Shown: positions 1 through 12,027 of the stretch, piece after piece
Position numbering within the stretch: position 1 is the first letter of the stretch
Layout of the letters: each line of letters begins with the position of its first letter
From: Cyanophora paradoxa CCMP329
Taxonomy: Eukaryota; Plantae; Glaucophyta
NCBI GenBank assembly: GCA_004431415.1
Contig: QPMI01000072.1
Span: forward strand, 50,113 to 114,112
Direction of reading: 5' to 3'
DNA length: 64,000 nt
The notes under the pieces: generated by a model
What the model was told of the DNA's origin: nothing
Databases searched by the model: none
What the model saw: only the letters and a program-made list of their open reading frames with translations
Translations under genes and position numbers: made by a program

Positions 1-438
1 CTAGAAGCCCTAGAAGCCAGAAGCCGCCCCCCTCCGCCCCTCCGAAGGCTAGAAGCCAAGCTTAGGAGCTTGAAAAAGCTTAAACCGCCGACCCCCCGGT
101 TCCTCGCACTCGCCCGCGCCCCCCCATCCGCCCCTCCGAAGGCTGGGAGCGTGACTTGAAGCTAATTGTAGCTTCTTAAATCGCTGCCTTCGAATAATTT
201 TCAAGTCTAGAAGCTCAGAAGCTCAGAAGCTTAACTTAGAAGCCCCCCCCCCCCCCCCCCCCCCGCCCCCTTCTCACTCACTCTTCCCTTCTCGCCGCCC
301 GCTGCCCCCGTCCTGTTCTCCTCGCTCACCCCTCCTCCTTCTACTCCCCGCTCCTCGCTTCCTTCGATTGATTCTTCTCCCGCTCACTCCCCGCCGCCCC
401 TCGCTCACCCCTCCTCTCCTCTCCTTCTCCCTCTTCAG

Positions 439-2535
439 GGCCGGTTCGGGGAGGCAGAGGACCTCGCCCGGCGCTCGCTGGCCCTCATGTCCCGCATCGG
501 CTCCCGCGGCTTCGGTGCGGTCCCCGAGACTGAGGCCGGAGAGGCTTAGAGGCGTAGAGAGACAGCTTAGAAGCATAGAGAGACTCAGAGGTCTAGATAT
601 ACAGCTAACTATCTAGAGGCTTCGGTGCGACTGGAGAGGCTTAGAAGCATAGAGAGATCTAGACTGGATGAGACCGGAGAGGCTTAGAAGCATAGAGAGA
701 CCCAGAGGTCTAGCTTATATATGTATAGCATACAGCTAGCGCATCGGCTCCCACAAGGGCTTCGGTGCGGTTCATAGCACAAGGCTAGGACAGAAACATA
801 GAGAGACTAAGTAAGAGATCTAGATCTAGATCTAGCGCATCGGCTCCCGCGGCTTCGGTGCCGCAGTGCGGTCCCTGAGGCTGGAGAGGCTTAGAAGCAT
901 AGATCTAGAGAGGCTAACTTAGTAAGAGGCTTCCTTAGTAAGAGAGGCTAACTCTAGTAAGGAGACAACTTATAACTTAGTAAGAGATCGCCTCCCGGGG
1001 GTTTGGTGCGGTCCCTGAGACTGGAGAGGCCTAGAATGAATGCGTGCAATCGCTTCGGTGCGGGAGAACGTGGAGTATAACGAAGAAGTTATAGCTCTTT
1101 CGTGCTCTATCTCTAACGAACTTGTCCAATCTCGCTTCCTATCTAACTCCAACCAACTAACTAACCGTGCTTACGCGCGCTTGCAGGGAGCGTGGGCTAC
1201 CGCGCGGTCTCGGGCTTCGCCGCCCTCCTCAGAGGCCGCCCCTCCGAGGCCGAGAAGCTCGCCGCCGGCGCCGCCGCCGCCGTGAGCTCCCCGCACAGCG
1301 TCTAGGGCCGGATTGATTATTAGACACTAGGATAGGAGCTCGCCGCCGCCGCCGCCGCGCCGCGCCCGCCCGCTCAGAGCTTGAACTCGCGCGCGGCCGC
1401 AGGCCGAGGCGTCGGACTTCTGGATGCAGAGCACCCTGCAGGTGCGCCCCATTTCAATGCTTGAGGCCTAGAAGCTTCTCTTGAAAGGCCGCGCCCTGTA
1501 ATAGAGGCTTAACGCTCGAAGGCACAACAGCAGCCTGCAAACAAGCTACAAGCGTTGAGATTCCTGACGCGGCGCCCGCCCTCCCCCGCAGTTCGTGGCG
1601 GGGGTCGCGCGGTGGCAGCTGCGGGGGGACCCCGCCGAGCTCGCGGCCGCCGCGCGCGCCTTCCTCCCCAAGTGGCGCAACGACGTCGGCGCCGCCTCCT
1701 GGCTCGCCGTCCGTGCGTCCTTTGTACCCGCTTCGAATTCGAGCTTATTGCATCATGAGCTGAAGTTGGCGTCCGTCTTGATTATAACCTGCGTCTCAAT
1801 TTCTTAAATGGATGTCCGGCAGTGAGCATCCTTAGCTATAGCCGGCGTCGGCATACACATAATCACATAATCAAGCTTATAACATAATCAAGCGTTTTAT
1901 GTGTGAGCGCCGAAGCTGACGACTTTTGCCCCGCAGTGAGCATCTTCTGCTGCGTGGAGTACGCCCAGTGGGCCGAGGCCGACGCCCGAGACCGCCTGGA
2001 CTGCGCTCCCTTCGAGGGAGGGCGAGGAAAACCGAGGCTGAAACCGCTGCCGCTACTCTGCGGCGGCCTGGGCCCGGCGCCGGGCGCCCCGTCCGACGTC
2101 GCCGCGTACGGCGCGGCTCGCGCCTTTGCGAGGGAGGCCGTCGCCGCGCTGGCCGAGACGCGGCGGCGGCGCCTGCCGCTTCTGGCCCCGTTCTGCGACC
2201 TCGCAGCCGGGTCGGACCCCTGCGCCGGCCCCGCGCACGCCGCGCGGCTCCTGAAGAAGGCCCGCGCCGGGTTCGAATCCGCCGGGCTCCCCTTCTTCGC
2301 GGCGCTCGCCGGCGTGCGGCTGAGCCGGGCCGAGCTGGCGCACGGGGCGCGGGCCGAGGCGGAGGCGGCGCGGGCGCAGGCGGCGCGCACGGCGGCCGCC
2401 CTCGGCTTGGTCCTGCCGGCCCTCGGCCGCATCCCAGCGGCCGCGGCCGCGGCGCCGACCGGCGCCGAGGCCGCCGCGGAGGGGCGCGGCCAGGAGACGA
2501 GGGGCCGCGTCCATTTCGCCTCGATGTGGGTCTAG
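439..2535 (+). CDS. 3' exons of a multi-exon gene that begins upstream; alpha-helical TPR-like protein, function unknown
   Basis: Exons bounded by cag|...|gtgcg: 439-514 GRFGEAEDLARRSLALMSRIGSRGF; from 1187 SVGYRAVSGFAALLRGRPSEAEKLA; AEASDFWMQSTLQ; FVAGVARWQLRG...; the last exon lies in ORF 1903-2535 ending HFASMWV*. G.F.EA..LA...L pattern is TPR-like. Confidence 0.5.
493..1065 (+). repeat. Degenerate intronic repeat built from the exon end plus donor (gcatcggctcccgcggcttcg|gtgcgg) and ggagaggcttagaagcatagaga
   Basis: Motif visible at about 493, 617, 740, 836 and 1051. Confidence 0.8.
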
Positions 2536-4580
2536 GCATGGATCTAGGCTAGCGTATGTTGCCAATTGCAAGTACTAGTATCTTTCGATTTCGATATTGG
2601 TCGTCTTCTTCAGGTTTCAGCAGCTCAGTCGACTTTTCGTGACTCGCAGTTAGTCTAGCTTGGCAGATACCTGTTCATGTACATATGCATGTTCTTCCAC
2701 TTCGTCGGAATTTCAGCAGCTTAGTCCAACTATATACTATGATAACTCAATAAAACGCACGTACTCTGCCGGCAGCTCGTGTATCCTCTGAGAATGTGCT
2801 CTCTCCAGATCTGTCGAAGAACGGCCTGACCAAAAGAAAGGATCGTTAACGTTTAGCATTCGAATGGTCGACGTCTACTCTGACGTACGCCGCTTCGAAT
2901 TCCGTACAGTAACAGTGCACGTGAGCCTGTCCATGAGACATTTTTAATTTGCGCATGCGCAGCGCTCAGCGGCGGCTCCACAAGCGGCGAGGGCGAGGGC
3001 GGGAGGGCGGGGCCACGTGCACGACTCTCGGCGAGTCGTTATAATGCTATATAGGAGATTAACTAAGATAACGTTGAAGGCTTACTACTGCGGCAGACTC
3101 AAAATGCCAGCATTCTAACTGACGGAACAGTCAAAAATCGATGTGGGGCTTTTTGCATGGGTGGTCGAGCCTGGCCGTGAACAGTCATGCCAGTGAATCT
3201 GGTAAGTGGGGAACTTATGAATTGCCGGCCAATACTAGATTTGATTCTTTCATTGGGTTTCTGAATCTTATCCTAAATGAAGGCTGCCAGGAAGGCCTTG
3301 ACTCACTAGGTTTGTCCAGCGCCTCTGGCATTTCAACAGTCGCTGAACAGTCACGTAAATGTAATTGGTCGCCGGCAAAATGGCAGAATCTGCCAGCTCT
3401 AGGCTCTAGCTAGCCCTCCCGGCCCTCCGCTGCCGGACCAATAAGCCAATTGCGTACTGGTTTAAAATCACCGTACCCATATACGTAGTGCTATAGCTAG
3501 CTACCGGTACCGGGTACTCGGCGGGTAGGCGCCGCGCCGCTAGTAGCCCGCTAGCGCTTCACTACCCGGCATATACCGGACCTATTACCAGTACTATATT
3601 TTTTTTTTGGTGAATTACCGGCCACAGTCTCTAGACACCAGCACTGCGGGGGCTATATAGCTACTTGGTTCGGCCGCGGTAGCACATATACCGGGGTAGC
3701 TGCCGGGGGGGTGCGGGGGGGGCGGAGCCCCCCCTGCTTGTTAGCTGTATATAGTCTCGTGGCTAGCTGGCCCAGTGGTCGAACGTCGAAAACGACGTCG
3801 CCAGGGCGGGCGCTCGGGGTGCCGGCGATCGCGAGAATCTAGCGCGTGGGCGAGGCCTCGGTTCCGGGGATCCGGGGATCCGGAGGCCCGGCTCAAGGGA
3901 AGACAAGCTTCGGATCCGACTCGGCGAGCTAGCCTAGTATCCTGGGCAGGTGAAATTCCTTTTCTAGTCGGTTTACCGTAGTACTTGTTTGTTTGTTGCT
4001 GAAGAAGGCACGGCTCTCGATTTGATTTAGATGACAAATTGCGCTCTCAAGTGGACATCGGACTCTGGATGGGATCCCGGAAAGGCTATATAACTAGTAG
4101 CGCTACATCCGAGCTGGACCGCACGCGCATGCGCACATGTACCTTCGCACTACGTGAACAATCGACGCAACTGGTACCGTAGTGCAGAAAGGAACTGCGG
4201 CAGCCAAGGCCTGCTACAATTGCGACGCTACTATCGAAGAAAGAAAGTGAAATTTAGTGTTAATGGCGACCGTGCACGTGCTCGCGATGGAGGTCGAACA
4301 TGGAATAGGAATAGCTATGCGCGGAACTATGCAGGCGACATATGGACATATGGCAACTTACAGCTATGCGCGGCGGAACTATTGAATGCAAGCACACCAA
4401 GCATATGCAACGAACTTATTTATGCGCGGAAACTCTAATTAAACACATCTAAGCTAGAGTTCGGCGATGAACAGGGGCGGACGCAGGGAAATAACGCGAT
4501 TCAATCACAAACTATATATAGAAAAGAGTCCGATGACCTAACGATGGAGGTCGAGGCGTGCTACAAATAGTAGGGGCTAA

Positions 4581-7500
4581 TTAGACGCCGTAAGCGGGAA
4601 CCGAATCCGCGCTGGCGCCCGAGGCAGAGTTGGACTGGACGTGCACGGTGCGGATCTCGGTGAGCGAGGCCGGCGGCATGGCGGTCGCGTTCTGCGATGC
4701 GCATGCCGCCAGTGAGCATAAGGAGATTCGGGATCGGGCGGATGGAAGCTTATAATTAAGGAACAACAACAACAGCGGACCGCGTTGCGGGCGGTGGTGG
4801 CGGCGATGGTGACGTCGCGGACCTGCTTGCGCGTGATCACCATCGCGGCGGCGATGGCGCCGACTGCGAGGCCCGCGATGCCGACCGGCACGGCTGCGAG
4901 GTTAAAAGCACCGGTCAGCTTTACTCTCAAGCTTAAGCTTAAGTAAACGGAATGGCCCGCAGGCTGCAGCTGGCGGCACGGACCGATGGCGACGGCGAGG
5001 AGCGTGTTGGACGTGCCGGCAGAGGCGGCGGGGGCGGCGACGCCGGCAACGCCCGAGGACGAGGCGCCGGCTGCGACGCCGGCGGAGGCGTCGGCGCCCG
5101 CGGCGCCGGCGTCGATCCACATGTTCGTGAGCCGGAGGCTGCCGCTGCCCGACTTGCCGTACGGGCCGCGCCACGGCTTCAGGTTCGTGCAGTAGAGGCG
5201 GTCCTGAGGCTCCGCCGAGTTCTTCCGCCCGTAGGTGTTCGCTGCAAAGGCGTCGTGGTCAGCGGCGGCAGATTCTGAACAAAGAAAGCATTGAGAGCGA
5301 TCAGAAAAACGCTTACAGGGCTGGAACCACGGGGCCGAGACGGTGCCCTCCATGAGATCGCCAAGGTCGTTGAAGTGGTTCGGAGTGCAGCAGCCGGCCG
5401 AGTTGCAGAGCTCGACGAACATGGTGTAGCAGTGCCTTTGATTATTAAGCATACGGTTAGCTGAATTATATTAATTTCTACGAGATCAACAGTGAGAGCG
5501 CACGACGGCTGCACGTTGTTCGCGAGGGTCGGCGCGTAGTTGAAGCCCGGCATGGGGAACGGCCCGGACTGCGCGGCGCTCGCGGCTTCAGCGCTCGCGC
5601 CGTGGAATGAAACTAACAGATAAATTTGAATATAACTCGCCTCGAAGACTTGGTACTTCGTGTTGTCGTAGCCGTTGATGCCCTTGATGTAACGCTGCAG
5701 CGTCAGGTTGTACGTGTACACTGCGCGCGCGCGCGCCCGAGTCAGACAATGTTAACTCTGCCACAGTCAGACAGGCAAGAAACGTGTACGCACGGGACGG
5801 GTCATCGCCGCCGCTGTAGGACATGCTGGGCCAGTACACGACGGCGGTCTTGAAGCCGAGGCTGTTGAGGTAGACCTCGTCAAGCTGGAGGGTCGGATCC
5901 GTGGCGTTGAGCTTTGCCTCGAGGGCCTGCAGCGCCCGGATGTCCTGCACGGTCGACCCGCCGTAGAGGCCGGTCGTGTATGCGTTGTGGGGGTTCTGGA
6001 AGGGCTCCGGGGCCGGGAGAGGGATGCCACAGACAGGCGCCACGACTGCGGAAATATTGAGGATCGCGTTAATATATTGATGTTGACATTACAGCGGATT
6101 CGAGGGGAGCGAATTCGAACCCGGGACCGTGATGGAGACGGTTGCGTTATTGCTGCAGCCTGCTGTGTTGCAGGCCTGCACCTTGAACTCGTACGTCAAG
6201 CCTGCGCGCGGTCCGGGCGCGTGAGCCATTTCTTGCGACCAACCATTCTGCAATCATCTTGCTGAAATTGCGAACCGGGGCACAGCAGGGTTTCGATCAA
6301 ATAGTCGGTGGCTCCATTCTCGGCTTCTCCGTTGGCATCGAAGTTATCGGCGGTAGGGTAACCACCGCCCGTAGTCGTTCTCGGGCAGTCGCCCAGGCTG
6401 CTAGGAAGGACCAGCGCCAGCTTGTACTGCGCGGTTTCGCACGCATAAGCAAACTTGCAATTGAAACACGCATGTCAATGCAGGCGTGTGCGGCGCACCT
6501 TGTTGATGAGAGCACCGCCGTCGTAGCTTGAGCGGTTGAACGTGCCATCCGTCTCCAAGCCGGACAAATCAGCCGGGGTGAACACGAAGTCGCTGCCGAA
6601 CGAGAACGGAGTGTTCCATGCGGGCACAGTCGGGGGAACCTCTGCCGGAGGCGGTACATGTGAGACACGTGTTTAGTTTCATGATCAGAATTTGAAACAT
6701 TTCTGGCACCGTCGGGAACGAATTCGTTCGCTGAAGAGTCGCAATCCGAAGGATTCGCAACGAGGCATGCCTTGAGCGTGACTTCGTACTTGTAGTCTGC
6801 GAAAGAAATGTACATAAGCAGGTTATAATTAGTACAGTGACGACTCTAGGCTGGAAAATCTGATCATGATCATGAGAAGTCGCTGAGCGCACTGGGGCAA
6901 AGGTGGGGAAGATAAAGGGTGCCGCCCGTGGTGGAAACGGTGCCAGAGGACCCAAACACGAAGTCGGACAGGGTGCCGCCGCTCGTTGTCTTGTACTGGG
7001 TGACGAAGGGACAGTCGTCGATGCCAGTTGTGCGCTTGGTGGGCGTCGCGATCGTGATCTCATACTGCGCACGCAACGAATTCATGATCATGATGATCAG
7101 ATCAGCAATGAGAACCACTTCGAGCGCTAGCTATAGCTATAGCCGGGGGTCGCACAGTAACGCCGGTCGCGGTGGCCCAGGTCAGCTCCGCGGGGTAGCC
7201 CTTGCCGGGGAGGAAGTCATCCACGGCAGGGGTCGCGGTAGGCTTGTAGTAGATATACTTCATCGTCGGATCCGGAGCGGTCACGGTGCTGTCGGTGCCC
7301 GCGTTGCAGCCGGTACCGTCCTTCTTCCCGAGCACAGGGTTGACGAACTCCCAATCGTTCTGACAAGACGCTGTCACCCCCCCAACCGTCGCAGTCTTTT
7401 GACCCTGTAGCATGCAAAGAATCATGATCATGATCAGCTGCAGCAGGAGCGCCCGCTGCCCCACGTCAAACGAAGCGCTAGCTACCTTGACATTGTTCTT

Positions 7501-8863
7501 CATGTTGTCGTAGTCACAGAAGACGTCGGCCGGTGCAGTGATCGTGTACTGGATCTTGGTGACTTTCTTCACGCTCCCGCCGCTGCCAACGTCGATGTTC
7601 GATGCCAGGATCGCCAGCGAGAGGGTGAAGGTCCCGGCCACAGCGGTGTCGCCGGTGGCCTGGTTCGTGAAGGGCTTCGGGGTTGTCGTCGCTTCGAATG
7701 TCACGAACGGAGTGACGACGATCTCCTTGTTGGCATTCGTGCCTGTGATCTGGAATGCCAGCTCAATCCCATCGTACTGCGAAGAGCTGCATGCAGACAG
7801 GGTGTACGTTTGAGCTTGGCACAAGTAACACAGTCATTAATCGTGCAACAAAATCACGAACGCGTCGACGAGGGCGATGCAAGTGACGGCGTTCGGCGTC
7901 TTGGTGCAGCTCTCGCCGTCGTTGATCCCGAAGTTCGAGAAACCGGGCACTGCGCATGCACATAACGATACAATCAGTAGAAGCTCCATAGAACACCCGT
8001 CTAAATCTGCTAGAGCTAGATACGAGGAAATAAAACAATAAAAAGCGCACGCTTCCACGGAGAGTATTCGCCTGGGTGCGGAAATCGATGCGAATGTATT
8101 AGGTCACAAAAAATGGCCAAAAATAAAAACCAGAATGGCTTACATGCGCAGGCTGGAGTCCTGTGCTCATAAACCGCAAAAGTGGAGAATGTGCCGTACT
8201 GGCAGCCACTCTTAGAGAGTTTCCCCTTTACGTGCGAGAACAAAGCGCTTCAGGGGCTGCGAACATTCGAATTCGCGAAAGAGCGACCGAGGGACCGAGG
8301 CTCCGCACCCTGATTCTGAGCTGGATTGTCGAACAGTCGAAGGTTTTGCTGGCGGTGAAGACGAGCTGCCACGGCGACGAGGTGGTTGTCAACTCGAAGG
8401 TGCCAGCGACTGTCTTCGAGCCGGCCACGGCCTCGAAATCGTATTGCTCGGCTCCCGCAGGGCTGCGCGCCATGATGGTTAGGAATACCACATGTACATG
8501 CAGGCAAATCTGACGAGGCTCACTCCACGGTAGCCTTGCAAGTCAGGGTCAAGCCGTTGTTCGACAGGGTGCATGGCTCACTCTGAGTGGCGACGACAGT
8601 CGCTGCGACGCGCGCGGTGGACGGTTAGTTGGCTGTTTAGAATGCACAAGACACCGAGGCGACGACTTGAGGGGCGAGGAAGAGCACTTACGCTTGGCAC
8701 CTGCGGAAGAGCAACCGTCGTTAAGGTCAATTTGCAAGGAGGGCACGCTCATTAATATCGTTGTATGTAAGAGTTAATTGAAGGGCGCACATGACTGGGA
8801 GAGCGCTACGGCCACGAGGGCCGCCAGGACGAGGGCAGCGAGGGGAAGATTTCCGCGCCGCAT
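4581..8863 (-). CDS. Multi-exon type-I membrane / cell-surface protein (signal peptide, Thr/Cys-containing beta-rich ectodomain, single TM, short tail); family not recognised
   Basis: ATG 8863 gives MRRGNLPLAALVLAALVAVALSQS then a gtgcg donor. Protein-like exons lie within ORFs 8228-8491, 7102-7824, 5588-6043 and 4577-5452. TM-like LLAVAI/AVPVGIAGLAVGAIAAAMVI followed by TRK. Last exon ends SVPAYGV* at 4581. Not all exon phases were resolved. Confidence 0.7.
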
Positions 8864-9949
8864 CGTGAACTGCGCGAGCCGCGGGCGCGTCCGGTCAGCG
8901 ACGGGCCGGCCTCGAGCTCTGGGCGGCCCAGGCCGGCCGGAAGGGCTCCATGGCCAGAACGTGTTTAACGCTAACGCCCGCGGCTTGCGGCCGGAAAATC
9001 TAACACGCGGACCGCGGTCCGACCGTCGCGCGGCCGGGCGGACTTTAAGAGCGCTAACGGCGGCGCCCGCGGCCGGCCGCGCGTGGGCGGGGCGGGGCGG
9101 GCTTGCGTCCGCTGGAGACGGAGACCGACGCCGCGCGCGTTCTCGGCCTTAAAAGCGGCCCGCGCACCCGGGGAAACTTGGGCGCGGGCCCGGGCGCGCA
9201 GAGGCGGCGCACCTTGTCTGATGCTCCAGGCCGCGCGCGCGGGGCCGATGGGAGAAGTCCGACGCTCGGCGACCGTCTAGATCTAGCTGCTAGCGCTGCG
9301 GTTGCAGAATGGTGCGCGACTGTGTCTGCAAGCGCAGCTGCAGCCTGAGCAGGGGGGGTAGGGGCAGCGTACGCGTGGGGCGGCACTGGGGCCACTGGAC
9401 GAGCCTCGAAATCGCGCAAATCGGCATTCGCATGCATATGAGGCGCCGGCTAGCGTTGACGTTCTGCGATTGACCGGCGCGGGTTGACCTGAAATATCAC
9501 AAGATTCACAACCAGCGTTTTTTTGCTACCGTTACTAACCTCCATCGGACTTTTCGGAGCTTTCTGCATTTTTAAGAGCGGGGCAAATTATACTTTCACC
9601 TAGTATTTATTGTGATATCTTTACTTAATGGGGAAGATTCGCGATCGACATATTTGCAATTGATTCCACAAGACAAAGAAATTTGTATACGATAAAACAG
9701 CCTTAATAAAAAGGCCACCGGCCATTTTTATTCAAATTCTTGCACTATCGAACGCTATCATGCAGAGGTTTTATAGGCGCCTTTTCATGATTCGATTGGT
9801 CGTCGTCGACTCGTCGACGTGACGCGACCGTCGCGAGACTCGCGACGACGTCAAAGTTGTCGGAGTTGAACACACGCATCATGTACACGGTACACCGTAC
9901 ACGGTAGTATGTGACGGTACATCACGGTACATCACCGTACATGTACGTA

Positions 9950-10199
9950 CTGGAGAGCTAGAAATATTCAGTGGGCTGCATATTTATAGTACTAGAAGTT
10001 TTTGGGCGATCTACTAAATATTTCCCGCCTGCTAAAGCCGAGAATTTGTAGGGGTAGTCCCGTCTCCGCCATACAAAAGCCCGGCCTGGGGCCGGCCAAG
10101 ACTGACCTACTAAAGTTTTACCACCTGCTAAAGCTTTTTAAGTGGCAGTTTTGGCGAAGTACTAATTATTTTCCTGCACTAAATTAACTAGTTCTCCAG
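9950..10199. mobile_element. Putative MITE, about 250 bp, flanked by TA
   Basis: Left tactggagagctag (9948-9961) vs right ctagttctccagta (10188-10201): inverted, 1 mismatch; AT-rich interior. Confidence 0.5.
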
Positions 10200-10435
10200 T
10201 ATACACGCAAATTGACGCAATTGCAACTTGCAACTTCAGTTGCAAGCTTTTTAAGTTTGCGAGTTGAATATTAAATTCAGCAGCACGTTCAATGCACAGT
10301 GCGTACATTGAAGTTGATTGAACATTTACATGTGTTCATATCAACTTCATAATCCATTTGCTTCACAAATAAATTAATGTTCAGTCACTGAGTGTTCAGT
10401 GTTCACTGTTCACCAGTAGTAGTCTAGTACTAGTA

Positions 10436-11374
10436 CCGTGTAACACAAAAATATGGCTGACAGATTTATGTCGTTATAAAACTTGACCCTTCTCTTGGTG
10501 AAATATGACGGTACCAAATTATGTCGTCATGAACTTTTCAGGCTTGTATGGGGCGGTAAATTGTATGGGGTACCACTGAGAGTAACCCATTAGTGAATTC
10601 GCACACACCGAGACAATACGGCTAATGATAGAACTGAGGAGTCCGTAAAGTGTCAAGTCGAAAGATGAGCCTACTGGTTACGCCGGGTAGGGAACCTATC
10701 AGCCATCGGACAGGGTGGAGCTAGTCAAGGAGACGTAAACTAAAGCAAAGCTAACCCAGAGCAGAGAGCTACTACCTATACATCTAGCCTAGCTTAGGAC
10801 TAGGCTACCGAGAGGACTACCCAGGGTCTACGAGAGGGAGGTAAATTAAAACACTACTACTGCTAGTGCTGCCTGCCTAGGGACCGTCGGGACGTCCGGA
10901 GCTCGCGGCTGTTCTACTGTACGGTAGGAAAGCCAGGACGGACCCGCGGTCTAATCTGCCTACTCTCGACGCGGCCGCGACTACAGCTAGCGCGGCGGGC
11001 TCCGCGTCGAGGGGGCCGCTCGCCCGAAGCGCGGGTGGAAGCACGTCGGCGTAGAGGGGCCGAGGGGAATGAGGCGAGGGGGGACGTTGCGGGGAAGAAG
11101 TGGGGCGGGACGGAGAAGGTCGGCGCCGGCCGTGGCGGGGAGGGGGAGGGTCGGATTTCTCGGTCAGCAGGGCTTCCAGCCTCGAACCAGCCGCCGCACC
11201 CCCGCCGCGGGCAATTGCGAGCCCCCCTCCGCGGCGGTCCTTCAACCCACGGTCCTGGTACCACTGAGAGTGTCCTACTATGACGGTCCAAAATTATGTC
11301 GTTATTTCACGTCCGAAGCGACATAAGTTGGTACCGACATAGTAAAGTGCCCGTCATATTATTGTGTTATACGG
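10436..11374. mobile_element. Non-autonomous Tc1/mariner-pogo-like TIR element with TA target duplication
   Basis: Left TA|ccgtgtaacacaaaaatatg; right catattattgtgttatacgg|TA (about 20-bp TIR, 2 mismatches); subterminal ttatgtcgt repeats; no transposase ORF. Confidence 0.7.
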
Positions 11375-12027
11375 TAGTAGACTAGTACTCAGTGACTAGT
11401 ACTGTGTACAGTGTACAGTGTACGTAGTAGTCATGTCATTAAGTTAGGCGTCGCTTTTCTTAGACGTTTGCCCACCCCGGGCCACCCGTCGTGATAGACT
11501 CTGAGACGTTAACATTCGAATTCATGCACAAAGATAGACGAGCTGCTGGTCGCTCCATACAAGCGTTACTATGGCATACCCCCTTTAGGCACAGTTAGAC
11601 GGGGTTGAAGTCAGCGAATGGGTGAACTCGTCTATCCGCGCCTAACTTTGTCCGAAGTTTGTCGTCGCCTAACGTTAACTTTGTGGATTGACATGTATAC
11701 GTACATTGTACAGTACTGTTCAGTGTTCATGATCAGTGTTCACATGCATAATATCAAAAAAAGCTTTGGCGTATATACGGGTATATATACCTCTTTTTTT
11801 GCGCCACTCTGATACTAGTACCCCCGCCGGCGAATTGGGCGCTACTAGTACGCCCCCTCCTCTCCCCCCCCCCCCCCCCCCCCCCCCCAGGCCTCCCTCA
11901 AGCCACGGCCAATTCTCGTCGGCTAGCTACATCACAGCCTACATGCAGCCGCTGAGCCACACTACTCAGCCGACGGGGCGGGGACGCCCGGCGGGGTCCA
12001 GCGTCATGGCCGGCGCGGGCGCTGGCC

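Noticed and set aside
493-1065. CRISPR-like repeat-spacer array (also considered for 62530-62900)
   Set aside because: Eukaryotic intronic context, irregular spacing, degenerate repeats, no unique spacers and no cas genes
3080-3402. Degenerate TIR element (right end ctgccagctcta)
   Set aside because: Left end matches poorly and there is no TSD; probably a TE relic but not supportable
11439-11678. TTAA-flanked piggyBac-like MITE (gttaggcg ... cgcctaac)
   Set aside because: Inverted match only about 8 bp and offset; insufficient
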